Below the pieces are notes generated by a model that saw only the letters and a list, made by a program, of their open reading frames with translations, was not told the DNA's origin and made no database searches. From contig JAHQWW010000008.1 of the NCBI GenBank assembly GCA_029856365.1, positions 1 through 64,000 of the forward strand: a stretch of 64,000 nt of DNA, given 5' to 3'. The stretch comes from Candidatus Hodarchaeota archaeon (GTDB taxonomy: Archaea > Asgardarchaeota > Heimdallarchaeia > Hodarchaeales > Hodarchaeaceae). Positions 16,387 to 27,368 of the stretch are shown here, one piece after another; positions within the stretch are counted from its first letter, which is position 1, and every line of letters begins with the position of its first letter. A program made the translations under genes and the position numbers.

Positions 16387-19300
16387 ATGAATATTTCCAC
16401 AATTAAGGATAAAGATAACTTTGAAGGTATAATCCGTCCGATTAATACAATTGTTGATTCAAAAAAATTAGTAGAATTTTTCAATGCAATTGATGATTTA
16501 TGGCCAGGGACATAGACTCAAGGAATCAAGTATGATGAAAAACGAGCACGAGAATTCATTGAAAAAAGGAAAGCTCTTGAATGGTTTGTTGCTTTCGATC
16601 CCCAAGATCGTTTAGTCGGTATCTGCTCTGTTCATAACCGCATGGAAGAACCTAATGTTTCATACATTGGTATTTTAGGTGCCCATCCTGAAGTATTAGG
16701 CAAAAAATATGGTAAACATCTACTCCTCACAGCAGTTGATTTTAGTGTAAAAAATGGGGATGTACGGCAAGATCTGCATACTTGGCCATCAAATATGAAA
16801 GCTGTACCCCTTTATAAGAAGATTGGCCTTCAATGGGTTCCCGAAACATCAGTATATATGCAGAATTACATTCCTGTTATTTTACAAAACTCCTTCTGTA
16901 AACCATTTTTTGATAAACATCCTGATTGGTACCTAAATCAGAAGCGTGAAATCACACAAGCGCCTGATGAGCAGACCTTAGGGTCTATGAAAGTTTTTTA
17001 TTATCGGTTTGAAAAAGAGGCAGATTTTCTTGAAGTTATTATTGATCGTTACAGCCGATCCATTACTAGTATTACCAGAAGAATGAACGATGAATTAATC
17101 GGAATAACTATGCAACAAAAAGATCATGATGTCTTTGCTGGAATTAAACAAAATACCTCTTTACTCATAAGGAATGAATCCAATAAAGAGCTATCTGTTA
17201 TTGTATCTATGGAGGGGTCTAAGGAAATCAGTGTAAAAGCAAGTCAAGAAATTCTAACAGTTCCCAAGGGAACTAAGATACTTGAAAATACCTATATTGT
17301 TGATGATATAACTTCTGATACTGATATCCAGAGAAAAACTCCCAGCATTAAAAGTCGAATTATTGTAGATGGAGAAGTTGTTACATTGGAAGCAGGTATG
17401 AGAGTTCGTCAGCTTATTGATATCAAGATATCAGATCAGGTTTGGTGGAGGCCTTCTGGTAAGCAAGATATACCAATACACATACAAAATAGGTCAGAGA
17501 AGACCATTGAAGGAGAATTATTATTCTGGTCAATTAATAAGATTGATATTCTCACTCCTATTATTCCTATTAGTCTTGATCAGGAAGAGAATGTTGGTGT
17601 CAATGTTCAACTAGAAATTCCCTTAAAGAATAATGATATTTTTACGACTATATATTGTCAGATTAAAATGAGGAACATTAAAAGTAGAGTATTTGAGCTC
17701 CCTATTTTCCTTTCTGATAACCCAGGATTATCTGCTGGTATACAACAAGACAAAAAGTCTGTAATCATCCAAAACCAATATATTCATGGTGTTATAAAAT
17801 TAGAGGGAGCTAGTGCTGATTTTCGTACTCCTGATGAAACTTTAATGGGAATAGGAGTTCGTACACTTGATTACGGACCTCCATTTGGTTTTAGCGAATT
17901 TAATCAGGCTGAATTCAGCCCAAAAATAATAGAAAAAGAAAATTCTATTCAGGTTAAACTTTCTAGGAGAGGAAATTCAAAGAGGGAGTTGATTTTTCAT
18001 CGAATTTTTGAATTGAAGGCAGGAGACCCCTATTTTGCAACATGGACGGAAGTACAAAACTTAGGAACTGTAGATGACCAAATTACTACGATTTTAGAGC
18101 CTCATTTCACCCATGGTATAAACATGCCTCTTGGTGAAACCTATTTTGTTTTTGATGACCAGCTTATTCATGGGCCTGCTTTTCTCTGGCCAGCTGGAAA
18201 AGGAGATTTACCTGAAGGAACTGAAAGGTATGAACCTTGGATTTGCATGCAGGTTGGAGATTTCAGTTACTATCATGTTTATGAGGTTCATGACACTAAA
18301 GCGGATCCTGGCCGTAGTAAATTATCATCTCTTGAAAAACAGATCCAAATCCCAGCTCTTTCCTCGTCTAGAGGGCCAAAGAGCTGGATTGGTTGTGGAG
18401 ATATAGATTGGAAGAGAGTTCGCGCATTAGCATATTATTTGAGTAAAAATCAAGTATTATCTCCAATTCAGCAAAAAATTAAACCTATATCATATCTTAA
18501 TATCGATGTTCCCAGAAACCAACTACTTATTGGGGGAAAAATATCAGTAATCCAGATTACTCTAAGATCAATTCGATTAATGCCTTTAAATGGTCGATTA
18601 ATCATTGAGACACCGAAAAGATGGACAATTACTCCTAATGAATTTGAAATCACTAATTTAAACTTAAATAATCCCCAAGAGTATAAATGCAAGCTAGAAT
18701 TGCCAAATAATGTTACCTTTGGAATTTACAAATTGCAATTTATCATACAGAGTCCTGAGAAAAGAGAAACTAATCATATTCGATTTTTAGTCTTTAATGA
18801 TTCCGAAAAACCTGAAATTCTTGATCTCCCACCGGAATCAAACAAGAATCTGGTCTTAGTAAGAAATAAAGTTCTTAAGATTAAAAGTTCAGCTGATTTT
18901 GCAGCTTGTCTTACTCAAATACAGTATAACGGAGAACCTTATTTACTTTCAAATTTTCCTAATTATTCTCCATCGATCTTTTTCTCGAAGGATCCTGGTG
19001 GGATGGTTAATTCTATTATTCTAGGTGAAAATGATGATTTGGACGAATCAAACTATACCAAAGAGAAATTTATAGCTAGGAAGATCCAATCAGATCACTG
19101 GTCAGGAGTTGAATATTCAGCAACAATCCATGAACAAAAGTCATTAAAGGGTTTGGTTATGAAAATCGCATATGAATTATTAGGAGGAGACTCAAGTTTA
19201 GTTCGGGTTCGAACAACGATTCATAATCCAACTTCAACAACATTTCGAGCCACATCATTTAGTTTATTAAGTCCAGGAATTGATGGAAGTATAGAGAACA

Positions 19301-19617
19301 TGGTTTCGAGATTTTCTATTGGCACTGAAACTCCTTTTCAATTTTCGAGAGCCAATCCCGGTCTTATAATTGGAGTCGGATCAGAGGATTTGACCTATTT
19401 AACATTGGAAAAAAATAATAACTCCGTTTCCCTTATTAAGATTTCTTCAAGATCTAAAATAATCCCTCTTGATGTAGGTAAGATGATCCTCGGAGCTGGT
19501 TTTGTTACATTTTGGTATTTAGAGCCCAACCAAACTGATGAAGTTTCCTACTTTATTTCCCTGAACAGCAAAGAGGAATTTCTAGAGGATTTATCCCACT
19601 TTTTTTGTGAATGCTAG
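16387..19617 (+). CDS. large GNAT N-acetyltransferase with C-terminal beta-rich domains; in-frame TAG at codon 43
   Basis: GGTGA SD + ATG 16387 in frame with ORF 16642. TAG at 16513-16515 in DDLWPGT*TQG. GNAT motifs HPEVLGKKYGKHLL and NMKAVPLYKKIG. Confidence 0.75.
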
Positions 19618-19627
19618 TGAAAAATAC

Positions 19628-20896
19628 TTAACTAACTTTAAGGTTATTATTCAATAGGGATTGAAGTTCAGAAATACGAGGAAAAATGGGAGGGGGGAGT
19701 GATATCTGCTGGAATAAGACTTTAGGATCTTTAAATCCGACACCAGTTATAGGTATGACTACTCGATCTGATCGATCAATCTCTCCCATTTCAACTAACA
19801 CTTCAAGACCAGCGATTCCTGCGGTCCCTGAAGGTTCACCGAAAATTCCTTCATATTGTGCTAACCATCGTTGGGTTCTGAGAATAGATTCCTCTGATAC
19901 AGCAACTGCGGTACCAGAACTATCATAAATGGCAGCTAAAGCAGAGTCAGCATCCCAAGGATGAGGATCAGCAAGCCCTCCTGCTACGGTATGGGGAGTT
20001 CTCTTCCAGTCTTGTAATTCTAATGGAGGAGAGTTCCTTTTCACTCCTTTAACAATTGGTGCACACTCCTCAGGTTGGACTGCAACATGATGAGGAACAG
20101 AAGATATGAAATCAAGCTTTTCAAATTCTTTGAATCCTCTATGAGTTCCTGCTAATAAACCTCCACTACCAGTAGCTAAAAGCACCCAATCAGGCGGCTC
20201 CCAATCAAATTGTTCACAGAGTTCAAAACCAAGACTTTTTGTGCCTTCAAATTGAAAAGGATTAAAGGGACCAAAAGAAGGGGAGGGTATCCATCCAAAT
20301 GCTTCATAAGACTTTTGGAAGAGTGTTACTGATGGATCTTGACCTTGCACTACCTCCTTAACCCTAATTACTGTAGCTCCTAAATATGCTAGTTGGGATA
20401 ATTTTCCTTCGGTCGCGTGTTCAGGTACAAAGACAACAACTTTTTTTCCCGCTCTCGCACCATAAGTCGCTAATGCTGCGGCCGCATTTCCAGATGAGGC
20501 GGCAGTTAAGACTTTGGCGTTTAATTCGACCCCTTTGGAAACCCCAATAGAAATCGGCCTATCTTTAAAGCTTCCTGAAGGATTCCCTGTTTCTACTTTA
20601 AAAAATAAATTTTTTAATCCAAATTTTTCTTTTCCCAAACGATGAGACAATAAGAGAGGCGTTCCTCCACCTCCAAGATCAACGATGTTTTTATAATTTC
20701 TTATAGGAAAAAATTCTCTATATCGCCAATGAGTGAATGGTCTTTGCTGTAACTTTTCCTTTGTAACTAAATCGTGTAATTCTTCATAATTGAAGTTTAT
20801 TCGTAAGCGGAACCCACAACCACACCTTTCAGTCAAAAATTGCTCTTCTAACACCGATTTGGCACACTTTGGACATATTAAATTAGGATCATACAC
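19628..20896 (-). CDS. thrC: threonine synthase-like PLP enzyme (fold type II)
   Basis: N-terminal CxxC…CxC, NPSGSFKDR (PLP Lys), SSGNAA, GSGGLL, EPSG, ITGVGFK. Confidence 0.8.
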   Translation of the reverse strand: MYDPNLICPKCAKSVLEEQFLTERCGCGFRLRINFNYEELHDLVTKEKLQQRPFTHWRYREFFPIRNYKNIVDLGGGGTPLLLSHRLGKEKFGLKNLFFKVETGNPSGSFKDRPISIGVSKGVELNAKVLTAASSGNAAAALATYGARAGKKVVVFVPEHATEGKLSQLAYLGATVIRVKEVVQGQDPSVTLFQKSYEAFGWIPSPSFGPFNPFQFEGTKSLGFELCEQFDWEPPDWVLLATGSGGLLAGTHRGFKEFEKLDFISSVPHHVAVQPEECAPIVKGVKRNSPPLELQDWKRTPHTVAGGLADPHPWDADSALAAIYDSSGTAVAVSEESILRTQRWLAQYEGIFGEPSGTAGIAGLEVLVEMGEIDRSDRVVIPITGVGFKDPKVLFQQISLPPPIFPRISELQSLLNNNLKVS

Positions 20897-20934
20897 AGTT
20901 AAAACCGCGCCATCTTAATAAAACTTGTTTTATC

Positions 20935-22290
20935 TTAAATTTGTCTCGCAATTCTGGGAGTGAGATCTAACCGCTCCCAAAGAGAGATTGCAGAATCCAT
21001 TGACTGTTGACTAACCATCGTTGCATCGAGAGAAGTATGAGTGCGGTTTTTTACGACAGTTTTCCCATTTACAATGACCCGTTTGATGTCTTTTCGTGAG
21101 AAAGAGCCATAAACAAGATGACTATAGACATTTCCTTCATGGATCGGTGTAGGTAAGGCGGACGCGTCTAATATTGTAAAATCTGCTGCTTTACCTTTAT
21201 CGATGGATCCAATCTGATCTCTCAATCCGATAGCTTGTGCTGCATTTATAGTAATCATTTGTACTACTTGAAGGGGAGTTGGAAGTTGACTAGGATTACG
21301 ATGGTTCAACTTATGCATGAGATAGGCAGTTCTCATATTTTCAATCGCATCATAGATAAAACCATCATTACCAACACCAATGTTTACCCCTTTCTGCAAC
21401 ATTTCAGGAAGTTTAGCTACCCCAACCGCGTTCAATTCATTACTTTTTGGATTATGAGCCACACTAGTACCTGTTTCAGCGATGAGGTCGATTTCGTGGC
21501 CGTTAATATGAACAGCATGAGCTAAGGCAGTTTTCGACCCGAGAAAACCTTCATCATAGAGTCGTTCAACTGTTCGTTTCCCATATTTCTCTAGGTTATG
21601 ATGAAGACCTATCAAACCTTCTGAAGTATGCATTGTTTTGAAAGAGTCAGTTTTCGCAGCATACTCAACAGTTTTGTGAATTAATTCATCTGATACTGTA
21701 AAGGATGCATGTAAACAGTAAATCCCATTAACCAGAGTTTTTTCAGGATCGTTATGTGAAATAAAACGAAGATTTTCCTCTAATCCTTTTACCCCTTCTT
21801 CATAACTACGACGTTCTGTGGCTTCAAAACAAATTACTCCACGAACACCAACATCTTGTGTAGCCTTTGAAATACGATCTAGTGACCCTTCAATGGAATT
21901 TGGACCTGAATAGGTATCTAAATAAGCAGTTACTCCATTTAAAGCTAATTCATAAACCGCATATAGTGCTGAAGTATAAGCATCGCCCAATGTAAGAGCC
22001 TCGTCCATTGTCCACCATATACGTTGCAAATTCTGTGTGAAATCAGTAGGAGGATCAATAAGAAGTGGAGCACCCCTTAATAGTGCTGAATAGAGATGAG
22101 TATGAGCACAAATAAAACCTGGAAACACAACTTGGTCTGAGCAATCAATAACTGTGTCAACATTATCAGTAATATCTTTTTCAACCTTAACTATCTGGCC
22201 ATCCTCCACCAAAACATTTCCTTGGGATATGACTTCATTATTTGCATTCATTGTCACAATTAATCCATTTTTGAGTAACAGACGTTCCAT
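20935..22290 (-). CDS. SsnA-like amidohydrolase
   Basis: PGFICAHTHLYSALLRG…DFTQNLQRIWWTMDEAL, LHASFTVSD, HNPKSNELNAVG. Start moved to MERLLL. Confidence 0.85.
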   Translation of the reverse strand: MERLLLKNGLIVTMNANNEVISQGNVLVEDGQIVKVEKDITDNVDTVIDCSDQVVFPGFICAHTHLYSALLRGAPLLIDPPTDFTQNLQRIWWTMDEALTLGDAYTSALYAVYELALNGVTAYLDTYSGPNSIEGSLDRISKATQDVGVRGVICFEATERRSYEEGVKGLEENLRFISHNDPEKTLVNGIYCLHASFTVSDELIHKTVEYAAKTDSFKTMHTSEGLIGLHHNLEKYGKRTVERLYDEGFLGSKTALAHAVHINGHEIDLIAETGTSVAHNPKSNELNAVGVAKLPEMLQKGVNIGVGNDGFIYDAIENMRTAYLMHKLNHRNPSQLPTPLQVVQMITINAAQAIGLRDQIGSIDKGKAADFTILDASALPTPIHEGNVYSHLVYGSFSRKDIKRVIVNGKTVVKNRTHTSLDATMVSQQSMDSAISLWERLDLTPRIARQI

Positions 22291-22429
22291 TATATTAACT
22301 CCAATATAGGATAAATGAAGAAGCAATTTCTTAAGGATTTTTTTTTTGTTTTCCTTTTTTACCCTAAGATAATTACTAATATGATAAAGTTTTAATTCTA
22401 TTGATGTTCATACGGAATATTGAGTTTCT

Positions 22430-24628
22430 TTGAATCAAATGAGGAACTTCCTTATGAATAATATAAAATACAATATTGTAATGTTTCTATTGATAACAGG
22501 ATTTTTATTACTAATCTTTAATACAAATATCGGGGTTAGGGACGACTCTAATCTTCGATTCAAGATTACAAATACTGCATCGCCCTTGTTATATACTCCG
22601 AAATTTGACACGCTGAACATCAAAGAGAAAATGACTCTCAGTCCGATGTTCACTCCTGATAATGCACTTGCTATTCATAAAGCATGGATTGATCTCGCGA
22701 ACAGCAGTATTGATGTACAGAATCAGTACATTACCCAATTTGATAACGGAGACTGGGATACTGATTCATCACCTATTGTACGAGCCCTTGTTGACGCCAA
22801 TAACAGCCGAGGAGTAAATGTACGAGTTCAGGTCAATGAAGATGGTGATAGTGATGATGTCACAAATTACTTGCAAAGTAAAGGAATCGAAGTCAGGTGG
22901 ATGGGATCCTCGTCTAATAATCCTGATGGAGAGTATCTATCAAGTACGCATAATAAACTAGTCATTATTGATAAAAAAGTGACTCTCCTTTCATCGATCA
23001 ACTTTGGAATAAATGCCTTTACCAACAATCGCGAAGCAGGAATGGCCATCCAAAATCCAGCTGTAGCTAATTATTTTACTTCAATTTTTGAGTCAGATTG
23101 GAAAGACGGTGAAGTTCCTCCAACATCCCTTATTAAATATTCATTGAAAAGAAATTCTTTAGTGATAGAATCGAATTCTAGAAAAAGAATTAGCTATACA
23201 AGCCCTACTGATATTCCGAAAGCCAATTTCACGGATATATACAATGTTACGCTATTTACAAATCCTGATAATGCAGACGAAGTAATTTTCCGCTATCTTA
23301 AAGAAGCAAAAACATCTATTTATGTATCAATGTATACGATCAGCCGTTCTGATTTCAATGAAACTTTAATCGATTTGAAACAAGCTAATCCTAGTATAGA
23401 TATTCAGGTTCTGATATCTAATCGAAGATTTGGTTCTTATGAAAATATTGATACAGCCTCAGCAGCAAGATCATTGGTTGAAAATTTAATCCCAGTCTAT
23501 AACTCTACCAAGGATCTGAATTATTATCATAACAAATATTGGATTATTGACGGAAATCATGTATTTGTTTATTCAGGCAATTGGAGTCCAAGAAGTGTTT
23601 CCAAATTGGATCCAGGTGACACTTACTTCTTATCTGGTGATGTTAATCGTGACATGGGGATTGCGGTACATGATGCCTCTGATATTGCTTCATTCTTTAA
23701 AGAAGAGGTTTGGGATGCAGACGTAGCTGTAGCAGACGCTTGGGAGTTACCAATTGGAATTAGACAAACAAGTTTCTCTAAAGCAGATGTCATTTCGGGA
23801 ACAGTTTCTTTTAATGGACAAATTACAGGTCTTGATGAGGCAATAGTCTCATATAGATGGGGAACTGAAGATTTTACCGAAGTACCCCTGAAAAAAGATA
23901 CTTTTTCAGTTCAATTAGATACACGAACAATCCCAAACGGTATCACAACCTTTGAGGTTAAAGCAGAAACCAATACCCAAACTTTCACTGATGAAGTGAC
24001 AGTAAACATTGTTAACTTCGCTTCTGATGAGAACTGGAGATTCCTCATAACAGAACTGTTACCTGATCCGTCAGCTGTGTCAGATGCAGAAGGGGAATAT
24101 ATTGAACTCACAAATAGTTTTCCATTTGATCTGTTAATTGAGGACTGGCAAATTGGAGACGATAAAAGCCTTTATACGTTTCCTTCGGATTACACTGTTG
24201 ACGAATATTCATCTATTGTGATTGCGAAAGATCTAGCTGGTTTTGAAAGTGCCTATGGAAAAACTGCTGATATAGAAATGGCCATTGCTCTGACAAATAC
24301 TGGTGATTTTGTACAACTCTTGGATCACAAAGAAAATTATTTTGATGTCGTTGCTTACGGTGATGCTACTACACCTGACGGATCAGAAGTATTAGAAGCT
24401 CCTGATGCTGGTGAAGCAATTCAAAGAACACCATTACACATTGACACCAATACTAAAGAGGACTTCAGTATTGGATCACCTGATCCAAAAGGGCCTGTTC
24501 CTCACGTTTCTTTGAATACTGAAGTACAGTTTTCAAATGATACATCAACAGAGGATACCCCGCTTTGTTGGGGTGTAATAATCATTACTCTTGTTCTTTT
24601 TCCCATTATCAGGAGGAGATCAAAGTAA
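22430..24628 (+). CDS. secreted phospholipase D-family protein with Ig-like and lamin-tail domains and a C-terminal membrane anchor
   Basis: Signal peptide; two HKD motifs (HNKLVIID, HNKYWIID); ITELLPDP…GEYIEL lamin-tail domain; TM + RRRSK tail. Confidence 0.85.
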   Translation: MNQMRNFLMNNIKYNIVMFLLITGFLLLIFNTNIGVRDDSNLRFKITNTASPLLYTPKFDTLNIKEKMTLSPMFTPDNALAIHKAWIDLANSSIDVQNQYITQFDNGDWDTDSSPIVRALVDANNSRGVNVRVQVNEDGDSDDVTNYLQSKGIEVRWMGSSSNNPDGEYLSSTHNKLVIIDKKVTLLSSINFGINAFTNNREAGMAIQNPAVANYFTSIFESDWKDGEVPPTSLIKYSLKRNSLVIESNSRKRISYTSPTDIPKANFTDIYNVTLFTNPDNADEVIFRYLKEAKTSIYVSMYTISRSDFNETLIDLKQANPSIDIQVLISNRRFGSYENIDTASAARSLVENLIPVYNSTKDLNYYHNKYWIIDGNHVFVYSGNWSPRSVSKLDPGDTYFLSGDVNRDMGIAVHDASDIASFFKEEVWDADVAVADAWELPIGIRQTSFSKADVISGTVSFNGQITGLDEAIVSYRWGTEDFTEVPLKKDTFSVQLDTRTIPNGITTFEVKAETNTQTFTDEVTVNIVNFASDENWRFLITELLPDPSAVSDAEGEYIELTNSFPFDLLIEDWQIGDDKSLYTFPSDYTVDEYSSIVIAKDLAGFESAYGKTADIEMAIALTNTGDFVQLLDHKENYFDVVAYGDATTPDGSEVLEAPDAGEAIQRTPLHIDTNTKEDFSIGSPDPKGPVPHVSLNTEVQFSNDTSTEDTPLCWGVIIITLVLFPIIRRRSK

Positions 24629-24864
24629 AACGGATCAAGTTCCGAATCCCGACATGGGATGAAGGCCGTAATTTCATGAAGGAAATAGCGAAGGAATTAA
24701 ACATCGAACCCGAAATTCGTGATGCTAGGCAGGTCATCAGTAGTGATTCGATTGAGATCCACTTCCATCCTGATGATCGTGGATTTTCTTTTATCACCTG
24801 TAAGCTTCATGATGAATCGTTTGAACCTATGCTTGAGAAGTACATAAGACGTTACAGTAAGTGA
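24625..24864 (+). CDS. hypothetical protein (about 79 aa), start codon unclear
   Basis: Protein-like frame KRIKFRIPTWDEG…; AGGAGG SD at 24611-24616 sits 8 nt before a GTA codon overlapping the PLD stop. Confidence 0.55.
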   Translation, partial: VKRIKFRIPTWDEGRNFMKEIAKELNIEPEIRDARQVISSDSIEIHFHPDDRGFSFITCKLHDESFEPMLEKYIRRYSK

Positions 24865-25262
24865 GTATATCAGGCTTGTTAATGAAATAATAGGAAAATC
24901 CACACCTTCCCATCCCACTTCAGATGCTAGCATTATTTTTCCATTTTTATTCAATAAAACTGATGTTTTTATTTCCATTATTTCTGCTAAACAAAAGTAT
25001 TCAAGTAAAGAAAGGAAATTTACTGTGTTCTTTCGACAAAAATATTTATGTCGATATTTTGTATTGAGTGACAATCCGATCGGTTTATGTGAATTCATGT
25101 TCTCAGAGCTATTATGACATATGCGCTAGCCAATATCTCGGGCATTGGAAGGGCGATAAAAAGAAATATTTATAAAGATGAGAAATTGCAGGTCACTTGT
25201 TCTGTTAAAAAGTAGATCAAAAGCAGAACGAACAAATTTTTTGGAGAAAAGGTGAAAAAAAA

Positions 25263-25466
25263 ATGGCAGGATTTGCATCTGCAAGAATTGAGAAAATAAT
25301 CCGTAACGCTGGAGCACGACGTGTCTCTGCAGACGCGATTGACAGACTCAATGAGATTGTAACTGATTATGGCACTAACATCGCCAAATACGCAGTTGAG
25401 ATTGCTCGTCACTCTGGTCGAAAAACGGTCAAAGAATCTGACATTAAATTGGCAGCAACCAAATAA
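25263..25466 (+). CDS. archaeal histone (HMf-type, tailless)
   Basis: ARIEKIIRNAGARRVSADA…AVEIARHSGRKTVKESDI; AGGTGA SD. Confidence 0.95.
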   Translation: MAGFASARIEKIIRNAGARRVSADAIDRLNEIVTDYGTNIAKYAVEIARHSGRKTVKESDIKLAATK

Positions 25467-25489
25467 GCTCCTTTTAAATGTCGATAAAC

Positions 25490-25511
25490 ATTCTCTTCTT
25501 TTCTTTTTTTT
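25490..25511 (+). terminator. pyrimidine/T-rich terminator after the histone gene
   Basis: ttctcttcttttcttttttt tract. Confidence 0.45.
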
Positions 25512-25706
25512 ACTTCCAAAGTTTACCATACTGTTTTTTCAGTGTAATTACAAATTTCTTCGTAATTAATTACGCTATTTCAGTCCGGTAACACGCAACA
25601 ACTAATTTAATATCAAACTAAACTGCATTAAATGAGCTTAAAATCCCCTAAAACTCCCTAAGTTAAAGAAAAAAGGGATAAAAGGGGATCAACGAGGTTT
25701 GTTACC

Positions 25707-27356
25707 ATGCAATTAGGTGGACAACCAGTAATTATACTCAAAGAAGGAACAGAGCGCTCACGCGGTCGAGACGCTCTACGAAACAACATCCAGGCCGCGA
25801 TAGCTGTCGCAGATTCAGTACGTAGTGCATTAGGCCCTAGAGGCCTTGACAAACTTTTAGTAGATTCACTAGGCGATGTAGTGATTACTAATGACGGCGC
25901 TACAATTCTAGATGAAATCGACGTCCAGCATCCAGCAGCTAAACTCCTTGTTCAGGTTGCCAAAACCCAAGACCAAGAAGTTGGTGATGGAACAACAACA
26001 TCTGTCATTGTCGCTGGTGAATTGCTAAAGCGGGCTGAAAAACTGCTTGATCGGAAGATCCATCCAACGGTGATAATTTCAGGCTTTAAACTAGCCTCTG
26101 ATAAATGCACTGAGATCTTACAAAGTATTGCCAACAAGATTGATCCAAATAATGAAGCCCATCTCAAAAACGTTGCCAGAACTTCCCTCAACTCTAAGGC
26201 CACAGGAGGAGCAAAAGATCTACTGGCAGAAATAGCTGTCAACGCTACCAAAGCCGTAATGGAAGAGGGGAAAGTGGACATTGATATGATTTCTATTATT
26301 CAAAAACAAGGTAAAGGCCTACATGATACCGAACTAGTTCAAGGAATTGTTATTGACAAAGAAGTTGTCAATACTAGAATGCCTTCTTCTGTAGAAACAG
26401 CTAAAATAGCTTTGATAGATCTAGCATTGGAGATAAAAAAAACCGAATTTGACGCAAAAATCCGTATTACTGACGCTTCTATGATGGATGCATTTCTAGA
26501 TCAGGAACAAGATATGATTAAAGAAATGGTTGATAAAATCCATGAATCAGGAGCAAATGTAATTCTTTGTCAAAAAGGAATTGATGATTTAGCTCAACAT
26601 TTTCTAGCTAAAGAGGGCATTTTAGCTGTGCGACGAGTCAAGAAATCTGACATGGAAAAGTTGTCCAAGGCCACAGGTGCACGGATTGTCACCAATATCA
26701 AAGATCTTTCATCAGAAGATCTAGGAGATGCTGGGTTTGTCGAAGAAGTTCAGATTGGTGACGAGAAACTTATTTACATCAAAGAATGCGCCAATCCCAA
26801 AAGTGTTTCTGTTGTTCTTCGCGGCGGGACTAAATATGTAACGGATGAAGGAGAACGGGCCTTACATGATGCACTTTGCGTTGTACGCGATGTTTTAGAA
26901 GATGGTTGGGCTGTTGCAGGAGCTGGTAGCCCTGAAATTGAATTGCATAAGAGTCTTAAAGAATACGCTGGTACAATTAAGGGACGTGAACAGATGGCTG
27001 TAGATGCTTTTGCTGACGCGGTAGAGATTATTCCAAGAACACTTGCCGAAAATGCTGGTCTAGATTCAATTGATGTGCTAGTCGAACTCAGAGCTGCTCA
27101 TGAAAAAGGGAATGCTAACATTGGAATAAATGTGGACACAGGTAAGAATGTTGATGCCTTTGAGGCTGGAATCATTGAGCCTCTTCGTGTTAAACGTCAA
27201 GCACTTAGATCTGCAAGGGAAGCAGCAGAATTAATTCTTAGAATTGACGATGTTATCGCTAGTAAAAGCTTAGGTGAAGGCCCAGGTGGAATGCCCCCAG
27301 GTGGAATGCCCCCAGGTGGAATGGGTGGTATGGGTGGTTATCCCCCCATGATGTAG
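25707..27356 (+). CDS. ths: thermosome (group II chaperonin) subunit 1
   Basis: [27 protein letters not shown]-rich tail. Confidence 0.96.
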   Translation: MQLGGQPVIILKEGTERSRGRDALRNNIQAAIAVADSVRSALGPRGLDKLLVDSLGDVVITNDGATILDEIDVQHPAAKLLVQVAKTQDQEVGDGTTTSVIVAGELLKRAEKLLDRKIHPTVIISGFKLASDKCTEILQSIANKIDPNNEAHLKNVARTSLNSKATGGAKDLLAEIAVNATKAVMEEGKVDIDMISIIQKQGKGLHDTELVQGIVIDKEVVNTRMPSSVETAKIALIDLALEIKKTEFDAKIRITDASMMDAFLDQEQDMIKEMVDKIHESGANVILCQKGIDDLAQHFLAKEGILAVRRVKKSDMEKLSKATGARIVTNIKDLSSEDLGDAGFVEEVQIGDEKLIYIKECANPKSVSVVLRGGTKYVTDEGERALHDALCVVRDVLEDGWAVAGAGSPEIELHKSLKEYAGTIKGREQMAVDAFADAVEIIPRTLAENAGLDSIDVLVELRAAHEKGNANIGINVDTGKNVDAFEAGIIEPLRVKRQALRSAREAAELILRIDDVIASKSLGEGPGGMPPGGMPPGGMGGMGGYPPMM

Positions 27357-27368
27357 GAGGAAATCAAA

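Noticed and set aside
25466-25490. Possible eukaryote-like histone 3' stem-loop
   Set aside because: The sequence gctccttttaaatgtc cannot form the 6-bp stem; it is just a T-rich terminator region.
27282-27323. 15-bp tandem repeat ccaggtggaatgccc
   Set aside because: Encodes the ordinary PGGM chaperonin tail; not a CRISPR or mobile repeat.
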